From the sequence record PZ445536.1: 64,000 bases of DNA. One strand, written 5' to 3'. Position numbers and translations under genes: made by a program. Under the pieces are notes generated by a model. That model searched no databases. It was not told the DNA's origin and worked only from the letters and a program-made list of their open reading frames with translations. This document shows, piece by piece, positions 32,038-44,806 of the stretch. This DNA is from a phage. The number at the start of each line of letters is the position of its first letter. The stretch's first letter is position 1.

Positions 32038-32403
32038 TTAAATATCAAATTCGTTAAGAACTACATCAAAGATTGCTTCAAGATGCTCAGGTTTAGCTCT
32101 GTTACTCAGAATATGACGAATCCAAGTTTTAACTAAAAGCTTGCGATTAGCACCATTCCAGCAAGGATGAGTCCCTAAATCGCGTTGACGGAAATCATCA
32201 TCTAATGCGATTTTGAAGTTGGAACCTTCCATCGTGATGGAAACTGTAATACCATTTTCAAATCGCATATAAACGTAGTTAGGAGTCATATACTGTTCAA
32301 TTTCGCATACTGATCCATTTTGATGTTTCCAAAGGCAGATGGTATCAATAGAACCTGCAATACCATTAGAAACATATTTACGTTCAAAGTTGATGTAGTT
32401 CAT
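32038..32403 (-). CDS. hypothetical protein (121 aa)
   Basis: minus-strand ORF with GGAGA RBS. Confidence 0.6.
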   Translation of the reverse strand: MNYINFERKYVSNGIAGSIDTICLWKHQNGSVCEIEQYMTPNYVYMRFENGITVSITMEGSNFKIALDDDFRQRDLGTHPCWNGANRKLLVKTWIRHILSNRAKPEHLEAIFDVVLNEFDI

Positions 32404-32429
32404 TTTTATTCTCCGAGATGTTTAATTGT

Positions 32430-32469
32430 GGTACAGGTATATAATATCATGTCCTGTACCAAAGTAAAC
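32430..32469 (-). promoter_or_regulatory. PeSL-like early promoter / stem-loop cassette
   Basis: - strand GTTTAC, 17 nt, TATTAT; perfect 8-bp inverted repeat GGTACAGG/CCTGTACC brackets the -10. Confidence 0.55.
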
Positions 32470-32471
32470 AA

Positions 32472-32804
32472 TTATTTTACTACTTTCCAATGCTTCATGT
32501 CAAGTTTACCAACTTTTTTCATCTTCTCAATTAAGCGTTCGGCACGTTGGCGAGCTGTAACATAATGCCATTCGCCTAATTCATTTTGTTCAATTTTTCC
32601 AACGATTACTGTATTCAATTCATAAATCCAACCAGTAAAGAAATTATGAACTTGAATTGTAAAGGTGAAATCTGTTCCCATACCTTCTGTTGTTTCTACT
32701 TCAATAATATCACCTTCAACTGCCATTAAGAACCACATAGTTTCATCATATTTACCATTGAAGCATTTAGTTTTAACTGCAGCGTTCAGATTAATCGTTT
32801 TCAT
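32472..32804 (-). CDS. hypothetical protein (110 aa)
   Basis: minus-strand ORF. Confidence 0.6.
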   Translation of the reverse strand: MKTINLNAAVKTKCFNGKYDETMWFLMAVEGDIIEVETTEGMGTDFTFTIQVHNFFTGWIYELNTVIVGKIEQNELGEWHYVTARQRAERLIEKMKKVGKLDMKHWKVVK

Positions 32805-32877
32805 TTTATTCTCCTTTGTTTGTGTAAGATAATACTATCACAAAGGAACTATACTGTAAACAACTTTATGCAATCTT

Positions 32878-32910
32878 TGGAAAATAAAAAAGGACTCCCG
32901 AAGGAGTCCT
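32878..32910 (-). terminator. intrinsic terminator (AGGACUCC-CGAA-GGAGUCCU then U-tract on - strand)
   Basis: 8-bp stem; - strand continues UUUUUAUUUU. Confidence 0.7.
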
Positions 32911-32914
32911 CAAC

Positions 32915-33091
32915 TTATGCTTTCTGCTTACCAAAACGAGAAGCATCATCTCGAAGAACCGCACGTGCTCGACGCATGATCTTCTCAACAGTTTGATTGA
33001 TACGAGAGTTCGACACACGCTTGTAGCCAGCGCGTTTAGAATCACCAACTTTCTTTTCAACTGCTTTCTTTGCTTTAACTTGTTTTGCCAT
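32915..33091 (-). CDS. small basic protein (58 aa)
   Basis: ATG at 33089..33091 (ORF track extends to an upstream alternative start); MAKQVKAKKAVEKKVGDSKRAGYKRVSNSR..., Lys/Arg-rich. Confidence 0.55.
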   Translation of the reverse strand: MAKQVKAKKAVEKKVGDSKRAGYKRVSNSRINQTVEKIMRRARAVLRDDASRFGKQKA

Positions 33092-33287
33092 TATAAATTC
33101 TCTTTTAAATGAAAATGCAGGACTTATTGACATTGCCTGCGCAAGCCCTCAAGGGGAACATAGGTTTTTGGATATTTAACGACCAGGATAACCATAAACC
33201 TCGTCAACATTCAAGAGGTACACCGTAAAACAAAGTTCGACGGCTCCTCGTTTTAACTTCACACTAAGGCAGTGACTCTCCAATAAA

Positions 33288-33536
33288 TTATTTCAGTGTT
33301 ACCACAAAGTGACGAACTGCTTTTCGTGCAGCAGAAGCCAGAGGCTTAGCATACTTAAGTTCATCTTTTTCCTGAAGCTCAGCAGCTAATGCAGTTTGAG
33401 CAGGATTCAGATGTTTGAAATAACGCAGGATTTCAAGAGCTTCGGCTTCAACATCAATAGATGCGCCATAGTTTTCGTGACCATTATTCCATGCGTTTCG
33501 TTGCAGTTCAAGAGCGTGTTGTAATTGTTTAATCAT
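33288..33536 (-). CDS. rIII: rIII lysis inhibition accessory protein, 82 aa
   Basis: 82 aa, MIKQLQHALELQRNAWNNGHENY, position next to gene 31. Confidence 0.8.
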   Translation of the reverse strand: MIKQLQHALELQRNAWNNGHENYGASIDVEAEALEILRYFKHLNPAQTALAAELQEKDELKYAKPLASAARKAVRHFVVTLK

Positions 33537-33683
33537 TTAAAAATTCTCGTTAGAGATTAAAACTCGGTAGTCACGTTCTTCTGAATTTCATCTTCTTTCG
33601 ACAGATCTCTCAGTTGTAGACTACCACATAGAATTGTTCGGTTAACTTATTATTCCGACACCCAATTCATATTATTATTTATA

Positions 33684-34019
33684 TCACTTATAAAGACACG
33701 GAATAGCTTTATAGTGACAGGTAACGAATTTTTGTTTAATTTCTTTTGGCTTCTTAAGACCCAGAGCTACAAAAGGATGCGGAACATTTCGAATTTGACC
33801 AACTGGAAGAGAAGTCAAATCACCAACTTCGCAGAAACCTTCAGGAACATCAGGACCAACAGAGTGAACTACACACAGTTCAGGAACTTCACCTTGAACA
33901 CGTTTACCGATAATAAGTCCTGATTCTGTAACTTCTTCATCACCGGCTTGTGCAGGTTCAGAAACTAAAATAACATATTCACCGACAGCACGAATTGGTA
34001 GCTGTTGTACTTCAGACAT
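33684..34019 (-). CDS. 31: co-chaperonin for GroEL (gp31-like), 111 aa
   Basis: 111 aa, [30 protein letters not shown]. Confidence 0.88.
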   Translation of the reverse strand: MSEVQQLPIRAVGEYVILVSEPAQAGDEEVTESGLIIGKRVQGEVPELCVVHSVGPDVPEGFCEVGDLTSLPVGQIRNVPHPFVALGLKKPKEIKQKFVTCHYKAIPCLYK

Positions 34020-34075
34020 CGTTTTTCCTTTTTGTTAACAGATGAGTTAATAATAACAAATAATTCTTAAAGCAT

Positions 34076-34384
34076 TTATTTACCAATAAATTGAAGCAAA
34101 TGCTCAACTTTCATACCATTAACGGAAATCAATTTGTCAATAGAAAAGCCTCGCCATGCACCAAGCTCAACATCAAATACTGGAATCATATCAATAGATT
34201 CTTTCCGAGTAGATTCAGTCAATTTACCGGTTTGCATAGTTGGCATAAAGTCAGCATCACGAGTGCCTTTCATAGTACGAATAGTACCATCAGACTTTTC
34301 AAAAACCACGTTTGAAATACCCATGGACAATTTAGTTTTCAAAATTTCACGAATTGCTTGCTTCTGCTTAGTTGTCAGTTTCAT
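34076..34384 (-). CDS. hypothetical protein (102 aa; 31.1-like)
   Basis: minus-strand ORF. Confidence 0.6.
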   Translation of the reverse strand: MKLTTKQKQAIREILKTKLSMGISNVVFEKSDGTIRTMKGTRDADFMPTMQTGKLTESTRKESIDMIPVFDVELGAWRGFSIDKLISVNGMKVEHLLQFIGK

Positions 34385-34621
34385 TTATTTACCTATTACA
34401 GTTTTAATATGGGTTGTTCCACGTTCTTTAAGAGTGGAAAGCAATTTTTGGCATTTTTCTAAATCAGATTTCCAACTATATGGTCTATCAATACAAACCC
34501 ATTCTGACTTATAATACTGCTTCCATTTAGAGAAAAAATATTTCTTATACTCTACAGCAAATGAAATGTTCTCATTAGAATAAGAACTAATTGCTGTGAG
34601 TTGTACCAAACGAAATTTCAT
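34385..34621 (-). CDS. hypothetical protein (78 aa; 31.2-like)
   Basis: minus-strand ORF abutting cd. Confidence 0.6.
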   Translation of the reverse strand: MKFRLVQLTAISSYSNENISFAVEYKKYFFSKWKQYYKSEWVCIDRPYSWKSDLEKCQKLLSTLKERGTTHIKTVIGK

Positions 34622-35202
34622 TATTCACCACAGAATTCGTTGATATTTTCCCAATTTAACTTATTCAAGTTTTTCTTAGGAACATTAAACACTTCAATAC
34701 CTGCATTTCGCAGAATATCATCCCAGCCAGGTTTATTCTTATCGTATGTTTCGCAATAAACCAGCTTTTTAATTCCAGATTGAGCTATCGCTTTTGCACA
34801 ATCTGGGCAAGGAGAAAGTGTTACATACATAGTAGCACCTTCAATTGAAGAACCGTTTCGCGCAGCAAACAAAATTGCATTTAGCTCAGCATGAATTTCA
34901 TTTTTAGACGACCATTCAGAGTGAGCGCCGCGATGTTCTTTCGCCAAAACAAAACGATCAGTTGAACCAAACGATACACATTCGGGCTTATGACCTTGAA
35001 TGATAGTATGTTTAGGTTTATTCAGCAACCAACCTTGCTCAGCAGCATAATCACAACAGTTCACACCGCCTGCGGGCGAACCATTATACCCAGTAGAAAT
35101 AATACGTCCATTCTTTTCAATTACTGCTCCTACCTTCCAGGAGCAACATTTGGATTCTTGTGATACTAAATATGCAATTTGAAGTACTGTACTCGCTTTC
35201 AT
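34621..35202 (-). CDS. cd: dCMP deaminase, 193 aa
   Basis: cytidine/deoxycytidylate deaminase zinc motifs HAELNAI and PCPDCAKAI. Confidence 0.9.
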   Translation of the reverse strand: MKASTVLQIAYLVSQESKCCSWKVGAVIEKNGRIISTGYNGSPAGGVNCCDYAAEQGWLLNKPKHTIIQGHKPECVSFGSTDRFVLAKEHRGAHSEWSSKNEIHAELNAILFAARNGSSIEGATMYVTLSPCPDCAKAIAQSGIKKLVYCETYDKNKPGWDDILRNAGIEVFNVPKKNLNKLNWENINEFCGE

Positions 35203-35537
35203 TTCATAATCACCAGATAAGCAGATTTAGCAGTTTCAACACGATAAATTTCATGACGAAGTTTAGTTATACTTTTAATAACAGAACTAATTATATTCTG
35301 CCCATCTTTAAAGCGGTTTTTCTTATCAATGAAAATTGCACCAGCCATCTTTTTGTGAAGCTCAACTGGATACTTCGTCACAATAATAGCATCATACACA
35401 GAAGGATGAATACTATTCACTAGAGTATCGTTCATTAAAGTTATTCTAATGAACTGTGCTGTTTCAGAATCAAGCGCTCTATGATCGCCAGTATCATTTT
35501 CAAGACAATTATCAATTATATCAGTTAAATTCATCAT
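35199..35537 (-). CDS. hypothetical protein (112 aa; cd.1-like)
   Basis: ATGA overlap with cd. Confidence 0.6.
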   Translation of the reverse strand: MMNLTDIIDNCLENDTGDHRALDSETAQFIRITLMNDTLVNSIHPSVYDAIIVTKYPVELHKKMAGAIFIDKKNRFKDGQNIISSVIKSITKLRHEIYRVETAKSAYLVIMK

Positions 35538-35770
35538 AGTACGCCATACACCCTTTGTGCTTCAACTAATCCATCAAAATCCAATTTGAGATGTGTTATT
35601 TGGTCACCATCGCCTGGATTCACAATTACTAATACTGAACGAGGAGTTTCGGTAATAACACGAACCGATGTTTCAGGAAATCGTTCAGAAACCTTATTTA
35701 CCAATTCCTGAGCAAATAGTTTAACTTTTTCTTGGAATTCTTTAACAGTAATTGGTTTTTCACTTAGCAT
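35534..35770 (-). CDS. hypothetical protein (78 aa; cd.2-like)
   Basis: ATG with GAGGAA RBS. Confidence 0.6.
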   Translation of the reverse strand: MLSEKPITVKEFQEKVKLFAQELVNKVSERFPETSVRVITETPRSVLVIVNPGDGDQITHLKLDFDGLVEAQRVYGVL

Positions 35771-35791
35771 TTCAATTTCCTCATTTATTTT

Positions 35792-35830
35792 GGTAGAGCT
35801 ATAATATCACAACTCTACCGTAAAGTAAAC
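35792..35830 (-). promoter_or_regulatory. PeSL-like early promoter / stem-loop cassette
   Basis: - strand GTTTAC, 18 nt, TATTAT; 7-bp inverted repeat GGTAGAG/CTCTACC brackets the -10. Confidence 0.55.
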
Positions 35831-35832
35831 TA

Positions 35833-36108
35833 TTAAATTGCTTTGAATTCTGATGTCTGCGATTCAAAACGAATATCGCCTTTAATGACTAGCTCAGCAT
35901 CAAGACCGAATACGACAATGATATGCGCGGAACCTGGATACAGCGTAATGGCGATAGAATCAACCTGGTCTGGAAGCAAAGTGTTCAATACATGAGTCAC
36001 TTGAGCATGAATTCGAAGCTCAGCTGCGTTATCAAGCTTTTCAAACATATTATTAGCGATAATTTGGCTAAACACTACTTCTACGATTTTAGAATAAGTC
36101 GGAAACAT
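35833..36108 (-). CDS. hypothetical protein (91 aa)
   Basis: minus-strand ORF. Confidence 0.6.
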   Translation of the reverse strand: MFPTYSKIVEVVFSQIIANNMFEKLDNAAELRIHAQVTHVLNTLLPDQVDSIAITLYPGSAHIIVVFGLDAELVIKGDIRFESQTSEFKAI

Positions 36109-36110
36109 AT

Positions 36111-36311
36111 TTACCTCACATAATTTTCTTCAAGCCAATCAATAACATCCAACGCATTATCAAAAGTTGAACCATCTACTTTGTCTTCTGTTTCATAATC
36201 AAGAACATCTAAGCCTACTCTTCCATCAACAATAGGCCATAAACAAAATAGATATTTCTTTTCTTTTTCAATCTTATCGCAAAGACGATAAATCTTTTCT
36301 AAGTTATTCAT
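36111..36311 (-). CDS. hypothetical protein (66 aa)
   Basis: minus-strand ORF. Confidence 0.55.
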   Translation of the reverse strand: MNNLEKIYRLCDKIEKEKKYLFCLWPIVDGRVGLDVLDYETEDKVDGSTFDNALDVIDWLEENYVR

Positions 36312-36500
36312 AAGTTTTCCATGGTAAAGGCAGTTTAGTTTTCTTTACTGTTAGTTCAACATCGGGATTCTTTTCTCTTAATTTAAGACATTCCTCCCAA
36401 GCTCTGATTTCACTAGTGAAAACACAAAATTGACCATTACTAGTACCGACTAAACCACTATTTACAATAATAATAGCCCAAGTTTCATGATGCCACGCCA

Positions 36501-36501
<1 letters not shown>
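36304..36501 (-). CDS. hypothetical protein (65 aa)
   Basis: minus-strand ORF abutting pseT. Confidence 0.55.
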
Positions 36502-37704
<1,203 letters not shown>

Positions 37705-37708
<4 letters not shown>

Positions 37709-37935
37709 TTATTTTTCTCAACCAATGATTGAATATAATCATGCAGGTCTTTAGATGCTTTACCCCACTTATTTTGGTATTCATTTTTAAGATTAGCACG
37801 TGATTGAGCTAATAAAACATCATTAGTTGGAGGTAAAGATTCTAATCGTTGAATCTGACGTCCATAAATCATTGCTGCCATCTCTGATTCATAAATCAAT
37901 CCTTTGAGATGTTCAAATTGATGCCATGAAATCAT
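37705..37935 (-). CDS. hypothetical protein (76 aa)
   Basis: minus-strand ORF. Confidence 0.55.
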
Positions 37936-38231
37936 TTACATTTATCCTCTTTTAACTCTTGACGATAATAACATATCATAGTTTTCTGGTCATGTACATA
38001 TCGTTTTACATCATTAAGCCAAATACGAAATTCCTGAGAATCTTCAAATGGCATACCGACCCAAGCTTTACCATCGATAACTTTAACTTGCCAAGATAGT
38101 TTAGCTTCGTCATATGACTTTATTTGCACAGGCCAATTAGGATGAACTGTTTCTTTCTTTACTTCTAGAGGCTTTGTCGAACAACCAACTAGAAGACCAA
38201 TAGATAATATTACTGCTGATAGTTTAATCAT
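37932..38231 (-). CDS. putative lipoprotein (99 aa)
   Basis: N-terminal signal peptide with lipobox MIKLSAVILSIGLLVGCSTK. Confidence 0.6.
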   Translation of the reverse strand: MIKLSAVILSIGLLVGCSTKPLEVKKETVHPNWPVQIKSYDEAKLSWQVKVIDGKAWVGMPFEDSQEFRIWLNDVKRYVHDQKTMICYYRQELKEDKCK

Positions 38232-38581
38232 TTAGAAAGGTCCTGGATGTCTTCTGCGAACTTGTTGAAGGAGTTGTTGATTTGTTTTTCAACCAATCCT
38301 GGCTTATGAGCCACCACATCCGCCTTCTTTGCGTCTTTGCGCAGCTTTTCATTTTCACGCTCAATTGCAGCAATTGATTCACGATTTTTATTATTCATTG
38401 CATCAATATAATTATATTGATTTTTTAAATCATTTAATGCTAAGGCGTTTTCATTGGCCGTTTTTGTAATTTCTACAACAGACGTTTCTAATCTTTCAAT
38501 TTTATTTTTTAAAATTAAAGAAGTTCCGCCCAATGCAATTACAATTAATAACAAGCCTGCTGTCGTATTACTTAATTGCAT
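38228..38581 (-). CDS. membrane-anchored coiled-coil protein (117 aa)
   Basis: N-terminal hydrophobic segment AGLLLIVIALGGTSLIL followed by a charged helical region. Confidence 0.55.
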   Translation of the reverse strand: MQLSNTTAGLLLIVIALGGTSLILKNKIERLETSVVEITKTANENALALNDLKNQYNYIDAMNNKNRESIAAIERENEKLRKDAKKADVVAHKPGLVEKQINNSFNKFAEDIQDLSK

Positions 38582-39078
38582 AAAGTTTTAATAACCTCTA
38601 TAATATCGTCTTGAGAAAGACCGTTAATTAAAATATGATGTTCCGCCGGAGATTTAGAAATTTTAAAGCATGCCGCAACATCTTCTGCCATATCTGATGC
38701 GCTACGATTTGGATTACTAATTCCAAGACGATGTTTTCCCGTTAAAGGATTAACGATAATATAGCATTTACAGCTATTGATATGAACATTAGGTTGAGTC
38801 TGATTAATGAACACTTCACAATCATACTTAGCGAGTTGATTTTCTAAAAAGACTTTCATCTCCTCAACCGCATCAGGAAGCATATCACGGGCTTGCTCAA
38901 GACGACGATTTCGATATTCTTTAATGGTCGTTTTCCGCTTGACTTGCTTAGCTAAATCTTTCTTAAGATCGGTGATATATCCAACTCGACGATTTCCTTT
39001 GAATACAGAAATCCCATCTGTAGTATCACCGTATGCTTCAACGACCATTTCAGTAGTAATAAGCTGTAAATCCATCAT
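38572..39078 (-). CDS. alc: Alc-like protein (inhibitor of host transcription on cytosine-containing DNA), 168 aa
   Basis: position between the pseT array and rnlA and length match T4 alc; assignment by synteny, no search done. Confidence 0.6.
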   Translation of the reverse strand: MMDLQLITTEMVVEAYGDTTDGISVFKGNRRVGYITDLKKDLAKQVKRKTTIKEYRNRRLEQARDMLPDAVEEMKVFLENQLAKYDCEVFINQTQPNVHINSCKCYIIVNPLTGKHRLGISNPNRSASDMAEDVAACFKISKSPAEHHILINGLSQDDIIEVIKTLCN

Positions 39079-39083
39079 AAAGT

Positions 39084-39136
39084 CCTCATGTTATGTCAGT
39101 AAGACTACTGTAACACAACATGAGGGACTTGTAAAC
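39084..39136 (-). promoter_or_regulatory. PeSL-like early promoter / stem-loop cassette upstream of alc
   Basis: - strand GTTTAC, spacer, TACAGT; perfect 9-bp inverted repeat CCTCATGTT/AACATGAGG whose downstream arm includes the alc RBS; about 96 percent identical to 23857..23908. Confidence 0.55.
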
Positions 39137-39139
39137 AGC

Positions 39140-40727
<1,588 letters not shown>

Positions 40728-40750
40728 AATAAAATGGGCCTTGCGGCCCA
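40728..40750 (-). terminator. hairpin GGGCC-GCAA-GGCCC plus U-tract between nrdB and denA
   Basis: on the - strand the hairpin follows the nrdB stop and is followed by AUUUUAUU then the denA ATG. Confidence 0.55.
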
Positions 40751-40754
40751 CTCC

Positions 40755-41933
40755 TTAAAAATATTTTTTAAAACTCATCATAACTTTATCATCAACATCA
40801 TTATCAATCTGTGCAACAAGGTAAGATGACAGTTCTACTTCTTGTGGCGCGGATTGAACATTATCAGAATTAAGATATTCACGAATCCAAGGATATGGAT
40901 GTTTAACCGGAGCATCGATAATTGGGCATGGAAGACCACACTGTTTCATACGAGATACAGTTAAGTAATCAATAAAGCTCCACATGCTATTTGTATTTAA
41001 TCCAGGAACATCGCCATCTTTAAATAAATGAACTGCCCAATCTTTTTCTTGGCGGTTAACTTCCATGAAAATATCAACTGCTTCTTGTTCACACTCTTGA
41101 GCAATTTTAACCCATTCATCGCCATCAGTACCAGATTGAAGTTGACGAATAATATATTGTGTACCTTTAAGATGAAGCTGCTCATCACGTGCAATGAACT
41201 TCATAATCTTTGCATTGCCTTCCATAATTTCCATGTTCTTATGGAAGTTAAAGGTACATGCGAAAGATACATAAAAACGAATAGCTTCCAATGCGTTGAT
41301 TACATGCAAACAGAGGTAAAGAGATTTCATTAGCTCACGCTTCCAATATGTCTCATGCTCAATAGCATCTTCAATAACATCTTCGTCTGCATTAATTTCT
41401 TTTTGGTATTCGATATCAGCTTTAGCGTTTTCCCAATAACGAGTTTTAGTCAGAACATCATCATAATAACGTCCAATGGATTCAGCACGTTTCATAATAG
41501 CTTCATCTAATACAATCTCATCAAATACCTTCGATGGATCAGTATAAAGATTTCGCATGATATGTGTATATGAACGAGAGTGAATAGTTTCACTAAAAGT
41601 CCACGTAGCAACCCATGTATCAAGGCTTGGGTCTGAAATTAATGACATAAGTACAGCAGACGGCGCACGACCCTGAATGCTATCCAAAAGTGATTGATAC
41701 TTCAGATTATTAGTAAAAATATTTTGCTGATACTGAGGAAGCTTATTAAACTGTGCAGCATCCATCATTAAGTTTACTTCTTCAGGACGCCAGAAAAATG
41801 ATAATTGCTTTTCGGTTAAATCTTCAAAAACTTTATGGCGTTGAATATCATAACGCGCAATACCAAGACCTGAACCAAAAAACATAGGTTCTTTTAAAAC
41901 ATCAACTGGATTTGTATTAAAAACTGTGCTCAT
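40755..41933 (-). CDS. nrdB: ribonucleotide reductase small subunit NrdB, uninterrupted
   Basis: 392-codon continuous ORF with di-iron/tyrosyl radical family features; no intron-like interruption. Confidence 0.9.
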   Translation of the reverse strand: MSTVFNTNPVDVLKEPMFFGSGLGIARYDIQRHKVFEDLTEKQLSFFWRPEEVNLMMDAAQFNKLPQYQQNIFTNNLKYQSLLDSIQGRAPSAVLMSLISDPSLDTWVATWTFSETIHSRSYTHIMRNLYTDPSKVFDEIVLDEAIMKRAESIGRYYDDVLTKTRYWENAKADIEYQKEINADEDVIEDAIEHETYWKRELMKSLYLCLHVINALEAIRFYVSFACTFNFHKNMEIMEGNAKIMKFIARDEQLHLKGTQYIIRQLQSGTDGDEWVKIAQECEQEAVDIFMEVNRQEKDWAVHLFKDGDVPGLNTNSMWSFIDYLTVSRMKQCGLPCPIIDAPVKHPYPWIREYLNSDNVQSAPQEVELSSYLVAQIDNDVDDKVMMSFKKYF

Positions 41934-41984
41934 AAATTTTCCGCTTAGTTAATAGTTGGTGACTCGTCCGTGAGTCAAATTATA

Positions 41985-44249
41985 TCATAATTTACAGGAT
42001 GAACAATCTTCAGCTTTTGGAGTTTCTATTTCATAATCATCAGTACCAGAACCATCACGGGTATTATGATAATAGAAATTTTTTCCGCCAAAATACCAAA
42101 AATACAAAAGGTCATCAATCATTATTGACATTGGAACCTTTCCTTTTGGAAAAATCTGTGGGTCATAATATGTATTCGCTGAAGCTGATTGACATACCCA
42201 TTTCAGCATAATAGCTACCTGCGTAAGATAAGGTTTATTACCTTTCTTAGCTAATTTCCATGTATAATCATAGAGGTCTATGTTATGCTCAATATTGGGC
42301 ACGACTTGATTAAAGGAGCCCTCTTTTGATTCTTTAACAGAGACTGGTCCACGTGGAGGCTCGATACCGTTTGTACTGTTAGAAACTTGGGAAGATGACT
42401 CACATGGCATAAGTGCTGATAATGTGCTATTACGGATGCCAAAGAGCTTAAGGTCTTCCCGCAGCGACGACCAGTCACAAACGTATTTTGGAGCTGCGAT
42501 TTGGTCAATCTTTTTATTGTACCAGTCGATAGGTAATTCGCCTCGAGACCAACGAGTGTCTGAATAATATTCACAAGGTCCTTTTTCTTTGGCGAGCTTA
42601 ATGGATGCTTTAATGAGTCCATACTGTAATCTCTCAAATAGTTCATGTGTTAAATCGTTAGCATCTTCATAAGAAGCAAAGTTACTTGCCAGCCAAGCTG
42701 CATAGTTAGTAACACCTACACCAAGGTTTCGACGCTTTTTAGCTTTTTCTGCTTCAGGAACTGGATATCCTTGGTAATCCAAAAGATTATCAAGAGCACG
42801 AACTTGAACTTCTGCTAATTCATTAATTTTATCTTGGTCTTGCCAATCGAAGTTATCCAACACAAATGCAGATAACGTGCACAATCCAATTTCAGCATCA
42901 GGGCTATTCACATCATTTGTTGGAATAGCAATTTCACAGCACAAGTTACTCTGACGAATAGGTGCCTTTTCACGAATAAACGGAGTATAGTTATTCGTAT
43001 TATCAATGAACTGCACATAAATCCTTGCTGTTCCTGAGCGTTCAGTCATGAGCAATTCAAATAGTTCACGGGCTTTAATGCGCTTTTTACGAATATTAGG
43101 GTCTTTTTCTGCTGCTTCGTATAATTCACGGAAACGGTCTTGGTCTTTAAAATAAGAATAATAAAGCTCTCCACCCATTTCATGTGGACTGAACAAAGTA
43201 ATGTAATCGTTCTTTCCAAAACGTTCCATCATTAGATCATTCAGTTGAACACCATAATCCATATGACGAATGCGGTTTTCTTCTACACCTTTGTTATTTT
43301 TCAAAACGAGAAGATTTTCAACTTCCAAATGCCAAATAGGATAATAAGCAGTAGCAGCGCCGCCACGAATTCCACCCTGTGAGCATGATTTAACAGCAGT
43401 CTGAAAATGTTTCCAAAAAGGAATAACACCGGTATGGCGTACTTCACCCATGCCAATCTTAGAACCTTCAGCACGAATCATACCAACGTTAATACCAATT
43501 CCAGCGCGTTTAGAGATATATTCAACAATTGAAGCGGAAGCCTTATTGATAGACTTTAATGAATCACCTGCCTCAATAACAACACATGAACTAAACTGTC
43601 GAGTCGGAGTACGGCAACCAGCCATAATAGGAGTTGGCAATGAAATCTGTCGAGTAGATACTGCTTCATAAAAACGGATAACGTGTTTTAATCTATCAAC
43701 AGGTTCATCTTGATGCAATGCCATTCCAATAGTCATAAATGCAAACTGTGGAGTTTCATAAATTTGACCAGTGGTTTTATCTTTAACTAGATATTTTTCT
43801 TTTAATTGCATCGCCCCGGAATAAGTAAATTCCATATCCCGCTCGTGCTTAATTTTTGATTCTAAAAATGTAATTTCTTCTGCTGAATATTTTGACAATA
43901 ATTCAGGGTCGTATTTACCTTCATTTACACAGTAAGAAATATGGTCAATAAATGAACGTGGTTCATACTGCCCATAAACATGCTTACGAAGAGCGAACAT
44001 TAGACAACGTGCAGCTACATATTGATAATCAGGCTCTTCAACCGAAATAGAATTCGCAGCGGCCTTAATGACAATAGTCTGAATATCATCAGTTGTCATT
44101 CCATCACGGAGATAAGATTTAATATTTTCATATAATTCATAAGGATCTACCGATGTTCCTTCAGCTGCCCAAGATAAAACTTTAATAATTTTTTGTGGGT
44201 CAAAGCTCTGAGAAACACCACTACTTTTGATAACATTAATTAATTGCAT
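41985..44249 (-). CDS. nrdA: ribonucleotide reductase large subunit NrdA, 754 aa
   Basis: 754 aa with N-terminal ATP-cone region and C-terminal redox-active Cys pair (CSSCKL). Confidence 0.92.
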   Translation of the reverse strand: MQLINVIKSSGVSQSFDPQKIIKVLSWAAEGTSVDPYELYENIKSYLRDGMTTDDIQTIVIKAAANSISVEEPDYQYVAARCLMFALRKHVYGQYEPRSFIDHISYCVNEGKYDPELLSKYSAEEITFLESKIKHERDMEFTYSGAMQLKEKYLVKDKTTGQIYETPQFAFMTIGMALHQDEPVDRLKHVIRFYEAVSTRQISLPTPIMAGCRTPTRQFSSCVVIEAGDSLKSINKASASIVEYISKRAGIGINVGMIRAEGSKIGMGEVRHTGVIPFWKHFQTAVKSCSQGGIRGGAATAYYPIWHLEVENLLVLKNNKGVEENRIRHMDYGVQLNDLMMERFGKNDYITLFSPHEMGGELYYSYFKDQDRFRELYEAAEKDPNIRKKRIKARELFELLMTERSGTARIYVQFIDNTNNYTPFIREKAPIRQSNLCCEIAIPTNDVNSPDAEIGLCTLSAFVLDNFDWQDQDKINELAEVQVRALDNLLDYQGYPVPEAEKAKKRRNLGVGVTNYAAWLASNFASYEDANDLTHELFERLQYGLIKASIKLAKEKGPCEYYSDTRWSRGELPIDWYNKKIDQIAAPKYVCDWSSLREDLKLFGIRNSTLSALMPCESSSQVSNSTNGIEPPRGPVSVKESKEGSFNQVVPNIEHNIDLYDYTWKLAKKGNKPYLTQVAIMLKWVCQSASANTYYDPQIFPKGKVPMSIMIDDLLYFWYFGGKNFYYHNTRDGSGTDDYEIETPKAEDCSSCKL

Positions 44250-44566
44250 AAGTCCTCAACTTGAAAATCGTCTTTAAACAATCGGTTAACTATATGAGCT
44301 ATTATATCACCATGACACGGCTTTGGTTTACATGTGCATCCTAGCCTCATTCCACGTAAAGGCTCTAAATGTGCTTTAGTTATTTCTCCGGATTTAATTC
44401 GACGTATAAAATCTTTTTTGAATAATTCAATGGCAGCCTCCCGGCTGCCAGCATCTTTACCGACGTAATTTCCCCAAAATGTACCGCGGTGAATATTAAC
44501 ATCAAAGTCGGATTTGTATTTATTCACTACCCGGCATAGACGGCCCGGTTGGTAATAATTCTTCAT
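44240..44566 (-). CDS. hypothetical protein (108 aa; nrdA.1-like)
   Basis: minus-strand ORF overlapping the nrdA start by 10 nt. Confidence 0.6.
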   Translation of the reverse strand: MKNYYQPGRLCRVVNKYKSDFDVNIHRGTFWGNYVGKDAGSREAAIELFKKDFIRRIKSGEITKAHLEPLRGMRLGCTCKPKPCHGDIIAHIVNRLFKDDFQVEDLCN

Positions 44567-44795
44567 ATTGTTTTTCCGTTAAAACAGTAATATCGTAGTA
44601 ACAGTCAGAAGAAGTTTTAACTGTGGAAATTTTATTGTCAAAATACTCACGAGTCATTTTATGAGTATAGTATTTTTTACCATAAATGGTAATAGGCTGT
44701 TCTGGTCCTGGAACTTCTAACTCGCTTGGATTAGGAAGTGTAAAAAGAACGACACCAGAAGTATCTTTAAATCGTAAAATCATATATCCTCTCAA
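44520..44795 (-). CDS. hypothetical protein (91 aa; nrdA.2-like)
   Basis: minus-strand ORF. Confidence 0.55.
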   Translation of the reverse strand: MRGYMILRFKDTSGVVLFTLPNPSELEVPGPEQPITIYGKKYYTHKMTREYFDNKISTVKTSSDCYYDITVLTEKQYEELLPTGPSMPGSE

Positions 44796-44806
44796 TTAAA
44801 TTAAAA

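Noticed and set aside
32866-33060. 64-aa minus-strand ORF overlapping the 58-aa basic protein gene and the terminator hairpin
   Set aside because: Overlaps a better-supported ORF in another frame and includes the terminator stem; likely spurious.
33127-33160. Possible plus-strand sigma70 promoter (TTGACA) in the rIII-proximal ORF-free interval
   Set aside because: No acceptable -10 element at 16 to 18 nt spacing and no downstream plus-strand gene.
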